A DNA stretch of 64,000 nt from Eledone cirrhosa (taxonomy: Eukaryota): positions 85,002,001-85,066,000 of the forward strand of contig OZ024742.1 in NCBI GenBank assembly GCA_964016885.1. The letters run 5' to 3'. Shown one piece after another: positions 1 to 18,502 of this stretch. A program made the translations under genes and the position numbers. Below the pieces are notes generated by a model. It worked only from the letters and a program-made list of their open reading frames with translations. It did not search any database and was not told the DNA's origin. The stretch's first letter is position 1, and every line of letters begins with the position of its first letter.

Positions 1-525
1 AAAAGAAAAACACACTCTGTACAAAGAACGTTTTTAAATGAATGCTTGGAACAGCCTTTCAAAAAAAGTTATTTCGAAGGCATTTTTGGTAAATATACAC
101 ATATCTACACTCACACACTGTACTCAGGGAAGCGTGTATATTTGAGACGTTGTACATATATACACAGATGAAAAAAAGAAAGATCTACACATAGGCATTT
201 ATACTATCACACAGAAATGTTCATACAATTACATCCACCCAGACATGTGCATACACGTACGCATGGATATCTGCGTGGATGCACATACTTACATGTACCC
301 GCGAACGCTCATATCGAGGGCGGATACTTGATGAATACCCTCCCATGGTGCACATATTATTATATGGAACAACTATCTTGAGGCTTGAACCCAACCCGAT
401 CATGTGACGATATAAGCCTGAAAGTGCATGCATAATATGCATAAATATTATAGCCGCATAGTATCCTTGCGCTAATCACAAATAATTTGGGTGGCACATA
501 CATATAGAAACATGCCTGTATATAC

Positions 526-586
526 ATAAAATAAAATAATATAAAATAAAATAAAATAAAATAAAATAAAATAAAATAAAATAAAA
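526..586. repeat. (AAAAT)n pentanucleotide microsatellite
   Basis: Direct run of ataaa units. Confidence 0.95.
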
Positions 587-878
587 TGCTGGAAAAAGGA
601 ATGTATACATGACTACAATGCAGAGGGGGACCAGACATTATTGGGGTGAGCGTAAAGTTGCATAAACTACTTGAGGGCTGTGGTGCATATGGTTATATAA
701 TATACATGGGGACTGGTCATCTAAGGTACTGGGTAAGAGTCTGCACATGCTGCATGTCTCATGGCTGGTGGACACATGGGGGGGGGGGGGGGCGTGCGTG
801 CGTACATAAACAAGTTATATATATTGTGGATGTGTATAACAATTATATATATATAGAGAGATATTTAAAAAAAATAAG

Positions 879-1484
879 AGATGTGACACACGAGTTCTGA
901 TATATTAGTAAAAAGGAAAATACAATGCTGACAAATTTTTCCCAGTCAAAAATAGTTTAATTAGGAATAAGTATAAATTAGTAATCAGTATTAGTTAGTA
1001 TTCAGTTTTAGTTTTAAGGTTTTACCCGTTGCGCATTTCTTATGCTTTTCAAAAATATTTTGAGATAGAGTGCTCGTGATTTTTGCTCTAATCTGATAAG
1101 TTTTGGAAATTATTCCTGTTTTATGTGAAAAAAGTGGCTTGGGAGGCATTAATATTTGGTGGGTTGTTGAATTTCACGTGAATAAGCACTATAAATTTCG
1201 CGCCAATTCGTGTTGCAATAATTTTGAGATAGAGCGCCCGTGATGTTTGCTCTCATCTGATTAGAGCAAACATCACGGGCGCTCTATCTCAAAATCATTT
1301 TTGAAAAGCATTAGAAATGCGCAACCGGTAAAACTTAAAACCAAAACTGAACACTAACCAATACTATTACTAATTTTTACTTATTCCTAATTAAACTATT
1401 TTTCACTGGGAACAATTTGTCAGCATTTTCTTTTCCTTTTACCAATATATCATAACTCGTGTGTTACACCTCTATTCGTTTAAA
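879..1484. mobile_element. Fold-back (inverted pseudo-LTR) PLE-derived element, family A, with a variant HHR in each arm
   Basis: 879-1095 is the reverse complement of ~1262-1470; inner hairpin ttttgagatagagcgcccgtgatgtttgctct / agagcaaacatcacgggcgctctatctcaaaa centred near 1257; same family at 19407-19850 and 47115-47470. Confidence 0.8.
1298..1333 (+). ncRNA. Variant minimal type-I hammerhead motif (UUGAAAA / GCAA), family A
   Basis: ttt-TTGAAAA-gcatt(aga)aatgc-GCAA-ccgg-TA-aaa; mirror copy on minus strand at ~1020-1055. Confidence 0.6.
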
Positions 1485-1490
1485 TATATA

Positions 1491-1769
1491 TATGTATACA
1501 GACTAGAGTGTGACAAATGCAACAACTTCTACGTAGGTAGCACCACCAGACCACTCCACATAAGAATAAAAGAACACCTCAATACTAACGCTTCCTCATT
1601 TAAGAAACACCTAGTTAAATGCAAAAACACCGACAAAACCATAACAGTTAGGATAGAAACTAAGGAAAGAAACCTCGGCAATCTTAGAATTAAGGAAGCA
1701 CTAATTATAGATAAAACGCAACCACCAATCAATAATAGACTAGAACTCAACACCCAATTTATAACCTGA
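1491..1769 (+). pseudogene. 5'-truncated PLE GIY-YIG endonuclease (Penelope/Poseidon-like)
   Basis: VYRLECDKCNNFYVGSTTRPLHIRIKEH...LRIKEALIIDKTQPPINNR matches GIY-YIG with CxxC, YVG, R..EH and the E...N motifs; starts at a (TA) tract. Confidence 0.88.
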
Positions 1770-2034
1770 TAGGCTTCTATCCCCATATTTACACACCCCA
1801 CACACACACGCACGCACACACACACTCACATACTTACACCTTCATGCATTCTCCCACACACTTAAACAGGCATCTATATAAAAAAACCTAAACAAACCCC
1901 TTTTAAAGGGAGATTACTCTTTATGCACCTAATTTTAACTCTTTGACATTTGAGATAGAACAGATACTCTATACTATTTCCTGTCAGCATGGCTTGGCAA
2001 GATATTTAGAACGCTGGTTTGAGACGTTTATTTC

Positions 2035-2069
2035 CCTCTGAAGAAGAGATATTATCTCGAAAATTAAGG
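2035..2069 (+). ncRNA. Minimal type-I hammerhead motif in the 3' pseudo-LTR of the GIY-YIG fragment
   Basis: cct-CTGAAGA-a-gagat(att)atctc-GAAA-at-TA-agg. Confidence 0.6.
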
Positions 2070-2264
2070 ACATTTAAAATAAATCTAAGGTAAAAGACGA
2101 ATTGTCAACAATATCTTTTGCAATTGCATTCTTTTTTCTATGTCCATACCTGCATTGTTTTGGCTTTATTATACATATTCAAACGTTTATACATATTCAA
2201 ACGTTTATACGTTTACACAATGCTTCAAGTGAACTATAACCTCCTCCAAAGAATTACACAGACA

Positions 2265-2465
<201 letters not shown>

Positions 2466-3436
2466 ACGCAAGCATATATGTATTCATAATGCAATTTCTG
2501 CTGTCAATTGTTCTAAATTCCTCTCTCGTGAAGTATATATACTTATGCGAACATTATGAACAATGCCTCTGAGAAAAATAATATTTAGTAACACATTAGA
2601 AAAGGTTCGAATAACTCAACATAAAATTGCATTAATTGAATAAAATTGATTTTTGGTTATGACGTCCATAGCTCTTTAGAGCAAAAAGGAATTTTGTGAT
2701 ATACTCAAACTTGATAGTGAGCCAATTGTTGGGCATCCAAGCCAGCTGGAATTCAGATTATTTGGCATCTTACCATACAATATCCAGCATTAAAAACGTG
2801 TTGGACTTAAAAAATACAAGAAAACATGTTAAGTTTGAAAAAAGTTCTGTGACGCACTTATTCAATATTTTCTTGACGTTTAAGTGAACAGGATTAATAC
2901 TGCACCTTTCTAATTCACCACACTCTCTAGATTATGATGTCAGGAATGGTGACTACACATTCTGAAATGTATATCAGCGTATTATTAGATGCCTAGAGCA
3001 AAACCCAATCCAGCTATGTGGAATTAACAACCGATTACAAGTCGAATCGCTATGTTGTAACAATGGAATTGTTCGCCAAATGACACATTGTTATCGCAGT
3101 GTAAAATGGGAATAAATAAATCTCTCTATATAGTAATGTCTTTGATTCATATATCAACAAAATGCTTCAAGGTATGTTGTAAGTTGAATTATATATATGC
3201 TTGCTTTCACATTAAATTAACTTTACTGAGAGAGTGTTTCATTTTGACATTATTAGTATAACGAATTTCTTTCAGTGAATTGCTAACGTTATATGTACAC
3301 GAATATTACACGCATTCTAATACAAATCAAAATGATCAAATTGGAAGTAACAGCTATAAGGGGGTTACAAAAATCTAAGAGGATGACGATTAAGATGGTG
3401 ATGATTATGTTCACGTTGATTATGATGACGACGATA

Positions 3437-3625
3437 ATAATTGTTTCTACTTTTGGCACAAGGCCAGCAATTATCCCAGTGTATTACTGGTACTTTATTT
3501 TATCGACCCTGTAAGGATGAAAGACAAAGTTAACCTCGGCGGGATTTGAACTCAGATCATAAAGGGAGGTAACTCTATGCGTCAAAGCAAGGTGTCCTAC
3601 CCTGTACCGATACTGCCAATCCACT
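3437..3625 (-). mobile_element. tRNA-derived SINE with MetaSINE-like core
   Basis: Minus strand: A-box-like tggcagtatcgg, B box gagttcaaatcc, then core ctttcatccttacagggtcgataaaataaagtaccag; five other copies in the window. Confidence 0.8.
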
Positions 3626-3739
3626 GATGACGACGATAATAATGATAATAATAATTGTTCCAATTATTGGCTACAAGGGCCGACATATAGGGCACAATGA
3701 AGTAGAGTGGGGCAGAGGGGGCTTACATAAAAAACAACT

Positions 3740-4650
3740 TGAGTAAACTATCATAACACTAACAATAAACAAGAAAAATAAAACCATGAAAAATTCCCAA
3801 ATACGGGTGATAAAAACCCAGAGGCGATTTATGTACCCACCAATCGTGAACTACCCGACGTTTCAATGGCACCAGCGAAGGGTAACCTTCTCCAGAATAG
3901 GCCCATTCATACGGGCCATTCTCGCTACATTCAGCCCCATTTTAGAAGATGTAGTTGGGAGCAGGAGTCTTCTCTCCACTCTCACCTCCCTTTCCAAGAA
4001 AATCTTGAAAAAGTCGATGAGGTATTGGTCTAAAAGAAGAAAAGTGCCTGTCTTCAGTCCTTTTACGCTGGTCCACCACACAACCTCGTTCGCTACCACC
4101 ACCAGATAGAGGAAAATTGCCTATCCTTCCCGGCCAAAAGAAGGCAGTCGGCCGATGTTCACTATGGACTCAGTCGATAGCCGGCTCCGTTCTACACGTG
4201 ACAACAGCTGTTCCAGATAACTCCGCAAGTCAGTAATACACGGACACTGTGTAAAAGAGTTTCGTAAATTTGCGCTTATCTTCCGTGCCTGTAGAGTTTA
4301 TTTCGAGCTGTCAGAGCCCCCCGGTAGCACTGCTAAGCGAGGGATTTGTGGAATTATCCATACTCTCCGGCTCAAATGTCCTCCGGAACAGACTAGTCAG
4401 TTCCATTTGGTCAACGCACAGAGCCTCTCCGAATGCATCTTCGTCCATGCTCACCACTATTTCTCTATAGAGATCGAGAAAGCAGGTTCCACTGACCGCA
4501 TTGCCCATGATCGCCTGGCAAAATTCCAGGCGCCAGGGGCCCATCCCTCCTTTTATAGAGCGGTGGAAGCAGATGGTCTGCTTCAACAACGGAACCTGTG
4601 CCCTCCACAAGAAGTTGAAGAGGAGCCGCTCCAATTTGGTTAGGCTGTCT
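3740..4650 (-). mobile_element. 3' fragment of L1/Tx1-clade LINE (decayed ORF2 C-terminus)
   Basis: LERLLFNFLWRAQVPLLKQTICFHRSIKGGMG resembles the post-RT FLW...GGLG motif of L1/Tx1; GC-richer than flanks; frameshifted continuation at 3863-4102. Confidence 0.7.
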
Positions 4651-6319
4651 AATAATGATAATAATGTTAATAAAAAAATTATGCAGCCATGCCAAATCTT
4701 GTACTTTGGAAGAATCCAATACATGAATTCAAGCCAAATCGATCGAATAGCAGGGAAATATATGCTTTCTGATTGATGTAGCTGTTCTTTAGGGGAAATA
4801 TCAGAAAAGAAAATCTATCCAAATTCTAAGATCTGGTTAACCAGACCAGAATCTTCGGAATGAAAAAAAAACAATGCATTATTGGATTTCATAAGATGTA
4901 TTAGTAAAACGGAAGCAAACAAATACATAAGAAATACATCACAGAATACATGTTGGCACAACATACATGATATAGCACGAATCAATGGGCATATATTATG
5001 TGGAATACATTCAATAATATACTGTATACCGATTCAAAACAAATACTCTACATACTGAAACCATACAAATAGCCAATGGTTTATGTTATTAAAGTATGAA
5101 ATAAAATACAGTGGAAATAATAAAAACACTAATACATATTTCTAGTATATACAGAAAATGAAGCCTACTTTGTAATAAAACTTGTCTAAAAGCAGTCCTC
5201 TTTTGAGAGAATGTTTCGAAATTGTTTTGTTGTTAGCCAGTTATTTTAAATATTATTAAGTGTTATAACTTACGCTTATCGGAACTATTATACATACTTA
5301 TAAAATGTGTAACCGAAAATGTGTTACTGCGAAGTGTCATATTTAGATGCATAAAAATATTGCAATATAAATGATTTTTCCCAGAAATCGTATTTCATGC
5401 CAGTACATAGATTAATGTACATCTGAGAGAAATACCTTAGATAAACAGATAGAAGCAAATGTCAAAAGACATGGTCTTAAAGTTTGACGTTTTAAGTATA
5501 TTGTGACTAACGTGTAAAGCTAGATTATAAAGGATGGAGAAAATTTATGAAGTTATTCATACATACGAGAGAGAAAAAGTAATTTTGTACTTCTATACTA
5601 GTCTGCTTGCAAACATTCGGAAAAATGACAGATGCAAGTGTATCTCAAAACAAAAAGAGATACACATAATATATATATATATATATTTAATATATAAGCT
5701 GGTACAATGCGGCAGAAATACATAAAGAGCAAAGGGTATGAAACAAAAAGAAATAAAGCAATGCTTTAACTAGTATATTTCAACATAATACAGTCCATTG
5801 TTCTCTTTTCAAATGTGAAACAAAAACGGTTCAGAATAAAAACTAACTATCGAAGTCTAATTCCGTGCGTGTCTGAAATACGCATGCGTGAAGAAATGCG
5901 TGAAGAAAGAGAGGGAAATAGCCCTGAAACTTCATGTAAAAGTATACTGGATAAAACATAACTTTTTTTATTTCATTTGTCATCCTTTGCCTTTCATATA
6001 TTACAGTTTTTTTTTTAAACTTATCAGTCACTTGTTGGATGACCCACAATGCTTTATATTATATATATAGTATATATACATATATATGTGAGTGTTGGCG
6101 TGAAAGCGCATTTGCAACAGTATCTTTATTATATACAGAAATGATTTCTACTGGAATAGTACTGTGTGAAGTTGATTTAATTGTTAATTGAGTTGCAATG
6201 TATTTTATCACCACAATAATTAAAAGTTGGGAAATGTAGAGCCATGCCGTCTTATATATAACACGCACAGACACACAGACACACTGACACACACATACCC
6301 CCCCCACCACATACACACA

Positions 6320-6372
<53 letters not shown>

Positions 6373-6531
6373 ATACTTGGGGAGGGTCATATTTGTGTAA
6401 TAATATTGCCAGAATTAATAACAGAACACACTCACTGTTTGGTTGGTTTTCGCTTCTGTGTCTTTTATATCGTTAATTTAATTTATTCGGTCCTCAATGT
6501 TACCATTGACTGACCAACGGTCAAAAATACA

Positions 6532-6600
<69 letters not shown>

Positions 6601-8564
6601 CGTGTGTGTGTGTGTGTGGGTGTGTGGGTGTGGGTGTGGGTGTGTGTGTGTGTGTGCGTGGGTGTTTATGGGTTTGTGTGTATGTGTATGAATGTCTGAA
6701 TTTAAAACACGATCTTACTACCACCAACACAGCTTCTGAAGCCAGCGAAAATATATTTTATCGACCTACACACGGGACCTAATTGAAAACGATATGGATT
6801 TCAAATGGCATGGTTCATCTTAATGTAGATCAAATTATGCACTGTGAGCTGCGTTCCGTGTAAACTGTGTTCCGAGTTGACCATATATATATATTGCTTG
6901 CCAATGATCAAATACTAAAGAGATAGACTTTTCCTGCAAATAGAAGCTACACAAAACATATCAAATATATCGCAGACTCAGAGACCTGCACCACCCCAGA
7001 GGTTAAGTAAATTAACTATTATTAAATACATCCACGTACAAACACGCATAAACACACATTCGCTCACGGATACCAACTGCATATTTCTGGCACTTGGCAC
7101 AGACTTGCTGGTTGTCATCTCATACACACCCAATTGCATGTGCAACATTCCATTGAAAATCCCATGCCTATATTGACAATTTCTTTCACTTCAACACTAC
7201 ACCCTTACACCCAAGTATTTACGATAATCTAGTGAAGTCAATGTGGGTATACTCACATCCTACTCACTGCCATATACAAATTTAATCATTATCCATACTA
7301 TGGCCCCATTTGGTAAGACGAATAAGCACTATCATACATCTATATACAAACACATACAAGCACATACACACGCATGCCACCGAGTCTTACACGGCCCAGA
7401 AAAAAACATGCATACATACACAACTAAATGCAGAATGCTCACATAGCTACTCCACGACTTAAGAAAGACAATGTATTTTATCACAAATCCACAAATTACA
7501 TACTTGTAACTTAATCAGAGAACAACACCAACACAGCCAGAATTATATCCAGCGTTGATTAGAGTATTCTTGTCATAGTTACACTGAAGCAAGGCAGATG
7601 CCTGATAATCTTATCAATCCCCTAAAGAGAATGTGAGTAGTGCCCCCAATACGGGCGGATCCAAATAAATAGGAACGACTCGAATCTTTTGTCCAGCGTC
7701 CGTTGGTTGTGGTAATATGCCCGTGGTATTCTTCAGTGTTGATGCTGAAAATAAATAATGAATAAAATGTTGTGAATGACACTAGATGTAGCCAATTCTG
7801 GAAACCCCGAAAAAACTGTGATAGTTATTGGAGAAATTGTATTCAATCTAGATAACACGTCATTGTTAAAAAACAGTACGGGAATAACAAAACGTTTTAG
7901 GAAAGGACACTTAGTGGTTTTTCTGGTGATGATTTCATGATTCTGCAAGACGAGACACTGTTGTTTCCCTAGTCAATACAGAAGAACTCTCTTGTGAGTA
8001 AATTAACTTTATGATGAATTAATGAAACTGATGTTAAGCTTGGAGAGTAACGGATGCGACGTATCAACATGTGTAATGATGCACCCAGAAATGAGCACAA
8101 GGAGATGTAATATTTTTACAAATTTATATGTTGACGCATGAAATCAGTGTAGACAAACGACAGACAGTTTGCCGAAGCGGATTTGAACGAAACTAAACAG
8201 AGCAAACAAAATAGCAGACATCGTATTTGATCATTTTGATGGAGACCTACTTCAACTATGTATCAAATATGACCTGGCCAATAGGAACAGAAGTTACAGT
8301 CTTTCTAGAAATGATTGTACAGTTAAGTTGAATCGAAGATCAACTGTTGACCGAACTATTTACTGCCGGGTACAACAACATGGCGAATAAAAGTATTATA
8401 TGCTTTACGGAGATTGTTTCCTCAGACACATATTATTATTAACCATATTTAGCAGTTATGGTAGAAATGAAAAAGAAAAAAGGTTGGAATATTTAAAGAA
8501 CCTAATTTGTATGCAATTTGCACTTGCGAAATATATCGTTAACACATAGAAGGTGTTACTAACC

Positions 8565-11500
8565 CCATCATCTTTAGGTCGAGCTTGCTCGGCTTTCTGC
8601 GGCATGTTTCCTCCATCCATCTCTATCTCTCATAGCGTTTGCCAGTTCTTCCGTAGTACATCCAGTATCGTCCTCCAGTTGCTTGACGTATGCCTTCTTG
8701 GGACGACCAGCGTTTCTTGCTCCATGAGATGGACTCCATAACAATACATCATCTGCTATTTCTTCCTTGCTGAGCCAACAGTTGCCAGCAAATCTGAGTC
8801 TCTCTCCACGTATTGACCTGCTGATACGTGGTATATTGCCATAGAGATCCTTATTTGTTGGGTGTTCCCCCAAGATACGTTTAAAGCAGCACTGAGCATA
8901 CGTGTGTATACCCCGTCTACCCTTTTCTCCAGTTTCGACGTTAGCGTCCAAGTGATAGGGTCATAAACAAGCACAGATTCCATAGAAGCTCTGAAGAAAT
9001 TCCTTTTCAGTCTGGCCGGCAGGTTTCATTTCTATATCTTTTCCATTGCATTCAATGCTCCCTAGGCTTTTCCCAGTCTGATGTTAACATCATGTTCTGT
9101 GGAGGCGATATAGCTACCCAAGTATTTGAAGTTTGGACTTCGCATACCAACTGAGGAGTCTTGGTTCAGGCAAATATATTCTGTTTTGCCTGCGTTGACA
9201 TAGAGTCCAATTTCCTTTGCAACTGTGAAGTAGTGATGTTGCGTCCTTAAGGTAGTCAGCGAGGACCGCTAAATCATCCGCATAGTCAGCATCGGTGATT
9301 TTCTGAGCTGCATGGCGTCTACACTTTCGATTTGTGAGAGTGAAACCAAGCTCTAAGTTTTCGTCCAGGGCTTTTCTCAATACATAGTCGAGGCAGATGA
9401 TAAACATATATGGTGCAAGTTGAGTACTCCTGCAATGATGTCAAAGAAGTTGGTATCTCCATCAGGTGAGCGCACCATTGCACGGGTGTTTTTATATAAC
9501 ATCATGATGGCATTTACTGTTTCCTATGGCAAGCCGTATCTCTCTCATCCTCCCACAATGGATGGAATCGAATGCTTTTGAAAAGTCAATAAGCAGGAGA
9601 GTTGCTGGGAGGTTTTTGGCTTTTACGCCTTCCAAGATACGCCGAATTGCAAGTATTTGCCCTGATGTTGATCTGTTGGTGCGGAAGGCATTTTGGTTTT
9701 TAATCAGCAAGGGGTCAATGACAGGTCTTATTCTGTCAAGAAACATGAGATTGTATATTTTTGCAGCAATTGCCATTAGTGTTATGCCACGGTAGTTTTT
9801 AGGAAAAGGGAGAATACATCCCTCAGTTCATTTGTCTAAGGGGTGTTGATTAGAGACACCATTACACAACTCTGGTAGGATTGGGTAAAATGCAGGTGCC
9901 TTCCACACTTCAGCTGGGATTTCGTCGAGTCCGCACGCTTTTCCGTTACCAATACCTTTCACTGCTTTCTGTAATTCCTCCATAGGGAAAGGACCTTTCT
10001 GTATTTGGTGTTCCTCTGTAAAAACGGGTATTATTTCTTCTTCGATGATCTGTGATGCTTTGACAAGTAGGTTCTGAAAATGTTGTTGCCACAGTTTTAA
10101 ACGTTCGTCTTGGCTGGAGGCTTTCAGTTTGGCTCTGTCACTACTTTTTCTGCCACTAATTTCATTGACAGTTTTCCAGGCTTCAGCAGACTTCTTATTG
10201 CTGACAGTACTCGAGATATGATTGATCTTTCTTTGCATGTATTCGGCTTGCTCAATTTCATACTGACTTTTCAGTGCTGTACAAGCAGCATTCAAGTTAC
10301 TAATGTTTTCTGGAGATCGTGAGTGTCTTTCAATTCTTCAGCTTTTCGCAACTCATTGCGCTTTTGGCGTATCCTCTCTGTTTCCCAGGGTTTTCGTTTT
10401 TTAACCTTGGGTTTTAAAGGGATGGTGTCGGCCGCTGCCTCTTTGAATGCTATTTGAAAGTGGTTAAATGTAGAATTTGACGATTTTCTTGGCGCAGAGT
10501 CTTGTAGGGCAGCAAATAGATTGCTCAGTTGGGTTACAACAGTTTTGTAAATCTTAGGATTGGTATTCAGAACTGCCCAGTTGTAAAGAGTAGCATTTGC
10601 AAATTTCTTTTTATCCACTCGGAGACTTAATCGTATCTTGGCCGAGACAATGCGATGAGCCGAGTCAACACTAACAAATGAGTCATATGCTCTGCCGTTT
10701 TTTGTGCTGTTCTTCCATTTTCGATTGATTATGATATAATCCAGTTGTGTCTTGTCGCTATTTGGAGATGTGTGTGTCCACCGCTGGTTTGGTCCTTTTT
10801 GGAATATGGCGTTGAGACATCGTAAATTGATCTCACAGAAGTAATCTTTTAGCATACAACCGTTTCTATTGGTTTGTGAGTGGTATGAGAATTTGAATCC
10901 ATCAAGCTGTCCAAGACGCGCGTTGAAGTCTCCGCCAATGATGAGAACATTATGTTTCGGGATATCTCTAGTGAGTGATGTTAGATCCATGTAAAACCTC
11001 TCTACTTCGGCCATGTCACATACATGTTGGACTATAGCAAGAGATTACAGTGGTTTTAGGATTCCCGTTAAACGTAACTATCATTATCCTTGATGTTATC
11101 ATTTCAACACTTGCAAGAGCATCATAGGCCTCGCGGGTTGAAAAGCATTCCAACTCCACCATTTGCTGCATTCATGTTGTTTTTCCAAGCTGAGCAGGTT
11201 ATCAGCCTCCGATTTCCAAAGATTTGCTCCTTTGTTACAAGCTCTTCATGTATGAACCGGTCCTCCTGAAGACAGATGACATCATGGTTCGTCGCCCCTG
11301 CTGAATCAACGAGTTCATGGATGTTATGGTCTTTCTGGAGTGTTTGAACATTGAGTGTACCAGCAAAGATGTCTTTCTTTCCGTGTACAATTCGGGTTGG
11401 TTGTTTTCTCCGTGTATGTTTGTTTCCCAGTATCTGATTTTTCGACTGAAATCTGGGAATCTGATGCAGGACGCGCAGCGGGATTAACATCGCAGGATTT

Positions 11501-12056
11501 GTGTCATATTTAGCTTTCAATAGCTGGATATGCACTTGCGGTCACTACTCCATACACGTGAAAGCAGTACTCTGTATTAGAGCGGTTGTGCCTCACCGAA
11601 ACATCCAACAATAGTTGATATGATCGCCTTGCCACTAGTAGTATGAACCAAATTCACAGTTACTTGATCATTGCCTTATCTACTGATCCAACATCCTGCT
11701 TACCAATGTCGTCGTTTAACCCAGTCAAGATTGGTTTGAGAGATTGCCTATCAGGGCCAAAGAGCTCTGTCCGCCCCGGGTTTGAAATCAGAGTGGTCCC
11801 TCTCCTAGACAGATCACCGACCAAGGCTACCAAATATACCCTATATACATATTTACACAATGTTTGGATGGCCGTTGACTCTTATGAGTTCTTCCGCCCT
11901 TTGTCAGATTTTGTTTCTGTCCTGCAGGATGTCCACCATCACCTTCCTCACCAAATAAACTTGATAGGATTGCCGGTTTAGTCGCCGACGACCCGACCAT
12001 GCGACTGGTTGTACTTGGTTACATGTTGCGAGTAGCATTGGAGACTGGCCTGTCAC
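8565..12056 (-). mobile_element. Near full-length, frameshifted RTE-clade LINE (APE endonuclease + RT)
   Basis: APE motifs GTLNVQTL, DVICLQE, IGGDFNAR, QLDYIII, DSAHRIV; RT motifs GKACGLDEIPAE, QNAFRTNRST, LIDFSKAFDSI, YADDLAVL; RTE-type C-terminus LRFAGNCW...GRPKKAY; candidate 7-bp TSD actaacc at 8558-8564 and 12057-12063. Confidence 0.92.
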
Positions 12057-12174
12057 ACTAACCTGGTACATTTAAGTTCATAGCTTCTGTCTAAATCGGG
12101 GTTTAAATGCTCAAGTATGGTAAGTGGTTTCATACATATGGCGTGTAAATAGAAGATTTGTTAACAATAATATT

Positions 12175-12531
<357 letters not shown>

Positions 12532-12535
<4 letters not shown>

Positions 12536-12939
12536 TGCATGCTTAATTAAAAAAGAAGTAAGTGACATAGTCACTACTTTAAAACAATAGCATAAGGTCT
12601 TCAAAATGCTTTTAAATAAGCATACAGTGTATTGCAAAATACACTATATATACATTCATATATATATCGCTATTTCAGAGCACCAATTCTAATTTTCAAT
12701 TTTTAATGGACCGACAACCGCTCTGTATAATTAGTTCCTGATTATTACTGGAATTCTATAAGAATTCATAATTTTCAGGAGGCAAAGGGAGTACTGAGCT
12801 CTGAGGAGTACCAACAGTACGAAACAGAGATCTGTTAGATTATCTCCCTGTGTTTGCTGACAAAAGAAGTGACATAGTCACTACTTTAAAACAATAGCAT
12901 AAGGTCTTCAACATGCTTTTAATTAAGGATACAGTGTAT

Positions 12940-12943
<4 letters not shown>
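12532..12943 (+). mobile_element. Small non-coding element with ~80-bp terminal direct repeat (~307-bp period) and one HHR; retrozyme-like
   Basis: gacatagtcactactttaaaacaatagcataaggtcttcaa...cagtgtattgca at ~12563-12636 and ~12871-12943; (TA)n on both sides. Confidence 0.7.
12799..12838 (+). ncRNA. Minimal type-I hammerhead motif
   Basis: ct-CTGAGGA-gtac(caaca)gtac-GAAA-caga(ga)tctg-TT-ag; stem I only 2 bp. Confidence 0.65.
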
Positions 12944-17132
<4,189 letters not shown>

Positions 17133-17476
17133 GGAGGGGGAGTATGTATGTAGGTGTAGGTTGACCAATATCTGTCGTAATTTCTAAATGTATTGGTTTA
17201 TTATATTTGGTGCTGTAGCACAGTAATTTAAAATTTAAGATATTGATTGATTTATCGTGTTAGTATCCACATTTGTCTCAATCGAAATGCCATACGAATA
17301 ACGCTGAAGAGCATGATACCAATAGGTATACGATTTGCATAAATAAACCTTTACTATTATTTTGATCGTTGTTTTCCATTACATCCGATGTGAATAGGCA
17401 GTGCTGCCATTGGCATTGATCGGAATCTATTATTTCATCCCAGAGCTGTGGCATATCAATATCATGGTACAATTGA

Positions 17477-17551
<75 letters not shown>

Positions 17552-17673
17552 TATTTATATAGAGTTGAATTTATACAAAAACGTAAAATACAAATCTGAG
17601 CCACTCACATGTTCATTTGTTAATATATGTAAATATAGTGGTTTCTCTGTGACTATCGAATAACGCGCATGTA

Positions 17674-17919
17674 ATATATTCCATGGCTTCATATATACAT
17701 TTATCCATTCAATAAAGAGTTCATATAGTAGCAGATATATTCCCAAGAAGTGATATATATATATTCCATGGCTTCATATATACATTTATCCATTCAATAA
17801 AGAGTTCATATAGTAGCAGATATATTCCCAAGAAGTGATATATATATATTCCATGGCTTCATATATACATTTATCCATTCAATAAAGAGTTCATATAGTA
17901 GCAGATATATTCCTAAGAA

Positions 17920-17925
<6 letters not shown>
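17674..17925. repeat. Three tandem copies of an ~85-bp unit
   Basis: atatattccatggcttcatatatacatttatccattcaataaagagttcatatagtagcagatatattcccaagaagtgat x3, joined through short TA runs. Confidence 0.92.
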
Positions 17926-17962
<37 letters not shown>

Positions 17963-18398
17963 CCCACTCTACTACCCTAAGTATTGATTACTCTGGTGCG
18001 TTATGGTCCATCTGGTTCCTTACCACAAATCCTTTGTTATATATATATATATATGAATAAAATTAGTCCTTCATCAGTGATCTTCCAACCTTCATTGGTA
18101 TTTCTTCGCTTTAAAGATCATATACCTCTGGTCGGTGCGAGCAATAACTAAAGAAAGTTATTGGGACACGTAAAATAGGGTGAAGCGAGCGAGACATGTA
18201 ATATATATATATATGAGTGTGTGTGTATGTGTGTGTGTGTGTGCTCTGTCACACATGTAAGGATAAACACGGACATTCAGAAACAGGCAAGCATGCACAC
18301 ATACACACATACACACACACACGCACACACACACACACATACGCACACACACACACATACACACACAGGCACACACACAGACACACACACACACACAT

Positions 18399-18449
<51 letters not shown>

Positions 18450-18502
18450 GTTTCTGAATTTGTTTAGCAAGATTTTTGATCTGAAAACGTGTGTTGAAAC
18501 CG

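Noticed and set aside
7800-8420. Possible ancient transposon-derived coding remnant (ADIVFDHFDG...IK)
   Set aside because: Too degenerate to assign without a profile search.
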